Made by a program: the position numbers and the translations under genes
Shown here: in pieces, positions 60,117 to 64,000 of the stretch
Numbering within the stretch: the stretch's first letter is position 1
How the letters are laid out: each line of letters starts with the position of its first letter
From: Thermoproteota archaeon
GTDB taxonomy: Archaea; Thermoproteota; Thermoprotei; Gearchaeales; Gearchaeaceae
Length of the DNA: 64,000 nt
Assembly (NCBI GenBank): GCA_032249235.1
Contig: JAVVGF010000001.1
Coordinates: 384,001-448,000, forward strand
Direction: 5' to 3'
The notes under the pieces: generated by a model
Seen by the model: only the letters and a program-made list of their open reading frames with translations
Database searches by the model: none
Told to the model about the DNA's origin: nothing

Positions 60117-62477
60117 ATGGAACACGAAAACTTTAAGTTTTATAAGAATTGGCGAACTCTCCTATCAACAACGCATCATACTGAAATAGGAATATTATAT
60201 CTCTGGACAGCTTTCATCAACTTTTTATTAGCAGGAGCTTCGGCATCGATAATGCGTCTCCAATTAGGAGGGTTGAACGGTATTGTGACTCCTGATACTT
60301 ATTACAGTTTAGTTACTTTGCATGGATTAGCAATGCTATTGTTCTTCGTTCCTCCTGCTTTCACTGGATTGGCAAACTATGTTTTACCTAAAATGATAGG
60401 TGCACCAGATTTATATTGGCCAAAAATAAATGCTCTTGCTTATTGGATGTTCGCTTCAGCTTCAGCATTATTATGGTCAAGTTTGCTCATTGGCTATGCA
60501 CCCTTAGGCTGGACACTCTATCCACCTAATTCAATAATAATTCCCGATCCTGGCGTTGATATAGTTATCTTAGCAGTAGTTTTAGTGGGTATAAGTACGG
60601 TAATCAGTGCTATAAACTTCTTGATGACTATAATAAGATTAAGACATCCTAGTGTTAAATTCTCACTTTCAACATTACCTTTATTCGTTTGGGCTTTTTT
60701 GGCAACCATATTATTAATGATAGTTGCACTTCCTCCACTAGCTATCGGAGGAATTATGCTTGTATTGGAAAGGCACTGGGGTGCTCAATTCTTCATGGGT
60801 ACGGGCGACTCTTTATTATGGCCGCATATTTTCTGGTTCTTCGGTCATCCTGAAGTTTACATATTAGTTTTGCCTGCATTTGGTGTTGTTTCTGAAGTAA
60901 TACCAAGAATGGCAAGGAAGCCAATATATGGTAGAAGAGCTATAGCATTATCTTCAATACTCATCGCTTTCATATCTTATTTTGTTTGGGTTCATCATAT
61001 GTTCACTACCCCAACCTCCTTAGCTATTGATATAGCTTTCATGGTAACTACCGTAGCTGTAGCCGTTCCAACAGGTATAAAAGTCTTTAACTGGGTTGCA
61101 ACGCTTTATGGAGGTAGAATAAGAGTTTGTTCACCCATGGTATTCTCATTAGCTTTTGTGGGAATATTCATCATAGGAGGAATAACTGGTGTATGGCTCG
61201 CATGGATTCCTTTTGATTATGCTGTTCATGGAACTTACTTTGTATTAGCACACTTCCACTTCGTTGTATGGCCTATTGTTTTTGCATTCATATCAGGCAT
61301 ATATTATTACTTCCCATACATGACAGGTAAAATGTTCAGTGAAAAATTAAGTAAAGTTAGCTTTGTTTTATTAGTAATTGGAGTCTTAGGGACTTATTTA
61401 CCATGGATTCAATTAGGACTTCTAGGAATGCCAAGAAGATATTATTCTTATCCTTCAGAATATGATTTCTGGCAACAAATATCTACAATCTTTACATTCT
61501 TCATAATAACTGGAATATTAGTTTTCATTGTTGATATACTAAGGAGCATAAGGAATGGTAAGCCTGTTGCAAACAAAGAAGACCCATGGGGAGCTGCGAA
61601 GTTAGGAATTCCCGATTTCGCACCTGTGAAGCATACAATAGCTTTGAATGGTTCAGCTTTTGAATATCACTATCCTCATCCATATCCTGCAATTGTAGGT
61701 TTACTTTCTTCTGTGGCAACAGTAGGAGGATATTTCCTCTTAATAGGTAATTATGCATTTGGTTTCATGGCTATTACTGCATTCTTAATAGCTCTTGTAT
61801 ATTGGTTCGCAAAAGATTATCTTAGCAGCTTCTCAAAGCTAGCAAGATACTTAGCAGAGTTATCATTAGAAAAGCTTGAAAGAGCAAGAAGGAGCGATGC
61901 TTTAGTTGGTACTTTATGGTTTATATTCTCAGAAGCCATGATTTTCGGTACAGCTTTCACTGCATATTTCTTCCTCCGAGCATCCTACGTTGCGAGATTT
62001 GGTCAATGGCCTCCTGTAGGTGTTCATTTGGTTGAAACATTCCCAGTACTGGTAAATTCCATTTTCTTATTCACAAGCGGATTTACGATGCATTTTGCTT
62101 ATCTCAGCTTCTCTAAAGGCAATATTAAGAGATTCAGGATTTTGTTATATTTAACCTTTATACTAGGCTCAATATTCATAGCAGGACAAATAAGAGAATA
62201 TATTACTTCTGGTCTATCGATATCTGATACAATTTATGGAAGTACCTTCTATCTAATAACAGGTTTACACGGTTTCCACGTAATAATAGGTTTAGTATTC
62301 ATGGTAGCGCTAATTGCTATGTTGTTAAAAGGATTTTTGAGCTTAGAAAGGAAGGCAATGGTCGAATCTGCTACAATTTATTGGCACTTTGTAGATATAG
62401 TTTGGGTTTTCGTATTAGCTATAGTTTACTTCAACTTAGCAGGAGTAATAGCAAGTTATTGCGGTATTCACTTCTAG
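60117..62477 (+). CDS. coxA: Heme-copper oxidase subunit I fused to a subunit III-like domain (A1-type)
   Basis: TLHG, PDL-x2-PKIN, FGHPEVY, WVHH, PTGIK, AHFH, GMPRR; C-terminal FSE, TGLHGFHV, YWHFVD. Confidence 0.93.
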   Translation: MEHENFKFYKNWRTLLSTTHHTEIGILYLWTAFINFLLAGASASIMRLQLGGLNGIVTPDTYYSLVTLHGLAMLLFFVPPAFTGLANYVLPKMIGAPDLYWPKINALAYWMFASASALLWSSLLIGYAPLGWTLYPPNSIIIPDPGVDIVILAVVLVGISTVISAINFLMTIIRLRHPSVKFSLSTLPLFVWAFLATILLMIVALPPLAIGGIMLVLERHWGAQFFMGTGDSLLWPHIFWFFGHPEVYILVLPAFGVVSEVIPRMARKPIYGRRAIALSSILIAFISYFVWVHHMFTTPTSLAIDIAFMVTTVAVAVPTGIKVFNWVATLYGGRIRVCSPMVFSLAFVGIFIIGGITGVWLAWIPFDYAVHGTYFVLAHFHFVVWPIVFAFISGIYYYFPYMTGKMFSEKLSKVSFVLLVIGVLGTYLPWIQLGLLGMPRRYYSYPSEYDFWQQISTIFTFFIITGILVFIVDILRSIRNGKPVANKEDPWGAAKLGIPDFAPVKHTIALNGSAFEYHYPHPYPAIVGLLSSVATVGGYFLLIGNYAFGFMAITAFLIALVYWFAKDYLSSFSKLARYLAELSLEKLERARRSDALVGTLWFIFSEAMIFGTAFTAYFFLRASYVARFGQWPPVGVHLVETFPVLVNSIFLFTSGFTMHFAYLSFSKGNIKRFRILLYLTFILGSIFIAGQIREYITSGLSISDTIYGSTFYLITGLHGFHVIIGLVFMVALIAMLLKGFLSLERKAMVESATIYWHFVDIVWVFVLAIVYFNLAGVIASYCGIHF

Positions 62478-62908
62478 ACATCTAAAATAACTCTAGCAAA
62501 CCAATTTCCATTTTTTTCTTTTAGTTCAAACATATGCATCGTTACAGCTTTAACATCTACAAGCGTATCATGTTTTTTTGGATCCAATTTTTCTCCATAT
62601 GCTTTAACCTTTGCAATTTTTTTATCATTTGTATAAATTTTTATTTCAAATTCAGAAAATAAGATGTTTTCAGTATCTTTATAATAAATTAGTTCTTGAA
62701 GAAAATTAAATAGCAATAATTCTAAATCTTGTGCTATGACTTCAAATTCCCTTACTTCTTTCCTTTCTATAGAATCTAAATTCAATACCATTGCATTTGT
62801 TATTGCTTTTCCCGCATATCTGAATAGATCTTCAATACTTCTTGCATTAACTTCAAAAGCTAAATCTGCAATCGCTATATCTTCCAAAAATTTATAGCCT
62901 TCGTTCAT
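62474..62908 (-). CDS. Archease
   Basis: YKFLED-x2-ADLAF, ELIY, DVKAVTMH, ILDV. Confidence 0.9.
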   Translation of the reverse strand: MNEGYKFLEDIAIADLAFEVNARSIEDLFRYAGKAITNAMVLNLDSIERKEVREFEVIAQDLELLLFNFLQELIYYKDTENILFSEFEIKIYTNDKKIAKVKAYGEKLDPKKHDTLVDVKAVTMHMFELKEKNGNWFARVILDV

Positions 62909-63800
62909 TTATGATGCACTCTTTTAAATTATTCTCAATTTCTTTCTCAAATTCCTTAATTTTCTCTCCTACAAACAGTATTCTGTTTGAACTATAATCA
63001 AATTTTTCATAGCTTATCCTTCCTGCTACGTAATTGAATAAGTAGCTTCCTTCTTGAAATATTACAAAACCTTTACCTCTATATACTCTTTTTGGTAAAC
63101 CTAATAAGAAATTTTCAAATTTTTCTTTATCTAAAATTCCTTTGAATTCAATGTATATGCTATCGTATATTTCATCATGAACTATAAATTCTCTTTTTTT
63201 AACTTCTTTTTCAATGAAATAACCGAAAAACATTGAATAATCAAGATCACCATTACAATATTTAGTTTTAAATAACACCGCTCTATCGTTTATTGATCTA
63301 ACTTTAGATTCAACAATTTTTAAATCATCTTCGCTAACTAAATCTATTTTATTAATCAATATGAAGTCAGCCATTTCTATTTGTATCCTTCCTGTATATC
63401 CTATTTCAGGAAATCTTACCATGCTATCTGCGTCAACAATAGTTATGATGTTATCTAGAATGACTTCTTGGATGTTTTCTAAATTCACTAGGAGAGCATC
63501 TGGTTCTGCAATACCTGTTGTTTCTACGATTATATAATCTGGCTTAACCTTTTCTTTAATCTCTTTTATTGCATATTCGAACTCGCCTGTTAATGAACAA
63601 CAAACACAACCTCCTTGCAACTCAATCATGTTCACAGCTTTTCCTTTTATTACTTCTGCATCTATAGCTATTTCCCCAAATTCATTCATTATTATAGCTA
63701 TTTTTCTGTTTATTCGATCTAAGTTATCTATTATTCTTCTAAGAAAAGTTGTTTTACCTGCACCTAGATATCCAGAAACAATTATGATTGGTATCCTCAT
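62892..63800 (-). CDS. COG0523/CobW-family G3E GTPase metallochaperone
   Basis: GYLGAGKT, NEFG, GCVCC, ETTG, NKID, RGKG. Confidence 0.93.
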   Translation of the reverse strand: MRIPIIIVSGYLGAGKTTFLRRIIDNLDRINRKIAIIMNEFGEIAIDAEVIKGKAVNMIELQGGCVCCSLTGEFEYAIKEIKEKVKPDYIIVETTGIAEPDALLVNLENIQEVILDNIITIVDADSMVRFPEIGYTGRIQIEMADFILINKIDLVSEDDLKIVESKVRSINDRAVLFKTKYCNGDLDYSMFFGYFIEKEVKKREFIVHDEIYDSIYIEFKGILDKEKFENFLLGLPKRVYRGKGFVIFQEGSYLFNYVAGRISYEKFDYSSNRILFVGEKIKEFEKEIENNLKECIINERRL

Positions 63801-63804
63801 GAGC

Positions 63805-63999
63805 TTATCCTTTTATGTTACCTATAGGCACGAGCCTTACAACTTTCTTAGATAATTCAGCTCTTGCTACAGCATCTACCACTTCATCTATGGATTTGTA
63901 TGCACCACCAAATTCTTCTGCTACCCCAGAATAAGATACACTTCTTACTATTATTCCTCTTTTTTCCATATCTTTAATCAATTGTTCTCCTCTAACTAG
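63805..63999 (-). CDS. rtcB: RNA ligase RtcB, C-terminal end (gene runs off the window)
   Basis: Manual translation ...KRGIIVRSVSYSGVAEEFGGAYKSIDEVVDAV...KKVVRLVPIGNIKG*; stop 4 nt before the GTPase ATG. Confidence 0.9.
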   Translation of the reverse strand, partial: LVRGEQLIKDMEKRGIIVRSVSYSGVAEEFGGAYKSIDEVVDAVARAELSKKVVRLVPIGNIKG

Positions 64000-64000
64000 C

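Overview
AT-rich, gene-dense chromosomal segment of an archaeon, most likely a thermophilic aerobic member of Thermoproteota/TACK. Evidence: standalone 5S rRNA, Nre, TrpB2, archease/RtcB, a free ThrRS editing domain, TATA-type promoters, F420-linked enzymes and an A1-type heme-copper oxidase. A Geoarchaeota-like lineage is plausible but is inference. About 65 CDS, mostly housekeeping or metabolic (pckG, acs, pyrD, pyrG, purA, serS, hutI, OFOR alpha/beta, sufS, ino1, cox). I saw no tRNA, CRISPR array or transposase. Features not in the supplied ORF track: a 5S rRNA (41866-42000, -), a candidate C/D-box sRNA (~32676-32728, -), a 56-aa B-box zinc-finger gene (24304-24474), the 3' end of rtcB (63805-63999) and an N-terminal extension of a Trm9-like methyltransferase that has no canonical start codon. 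The most notable loci are: a solo Cas4 nuclease fused to a degenerate HAD/Pnkp-like domain, divergent from a nucleotidyltransferase - B12 radical SAM - GT2 cassette; an rtcB - COG0523 metallochaperone - archease operon; a sphingosine-1-phosphate-lyase-like gene coupled to an FGGY kinase; a core-only TFB; a HEPN gene paired with a tandem-duplicated degenerate MNT; and a split cytochrome oxidase subunit II. All family calls are from motif recognition only; no database searches were run.
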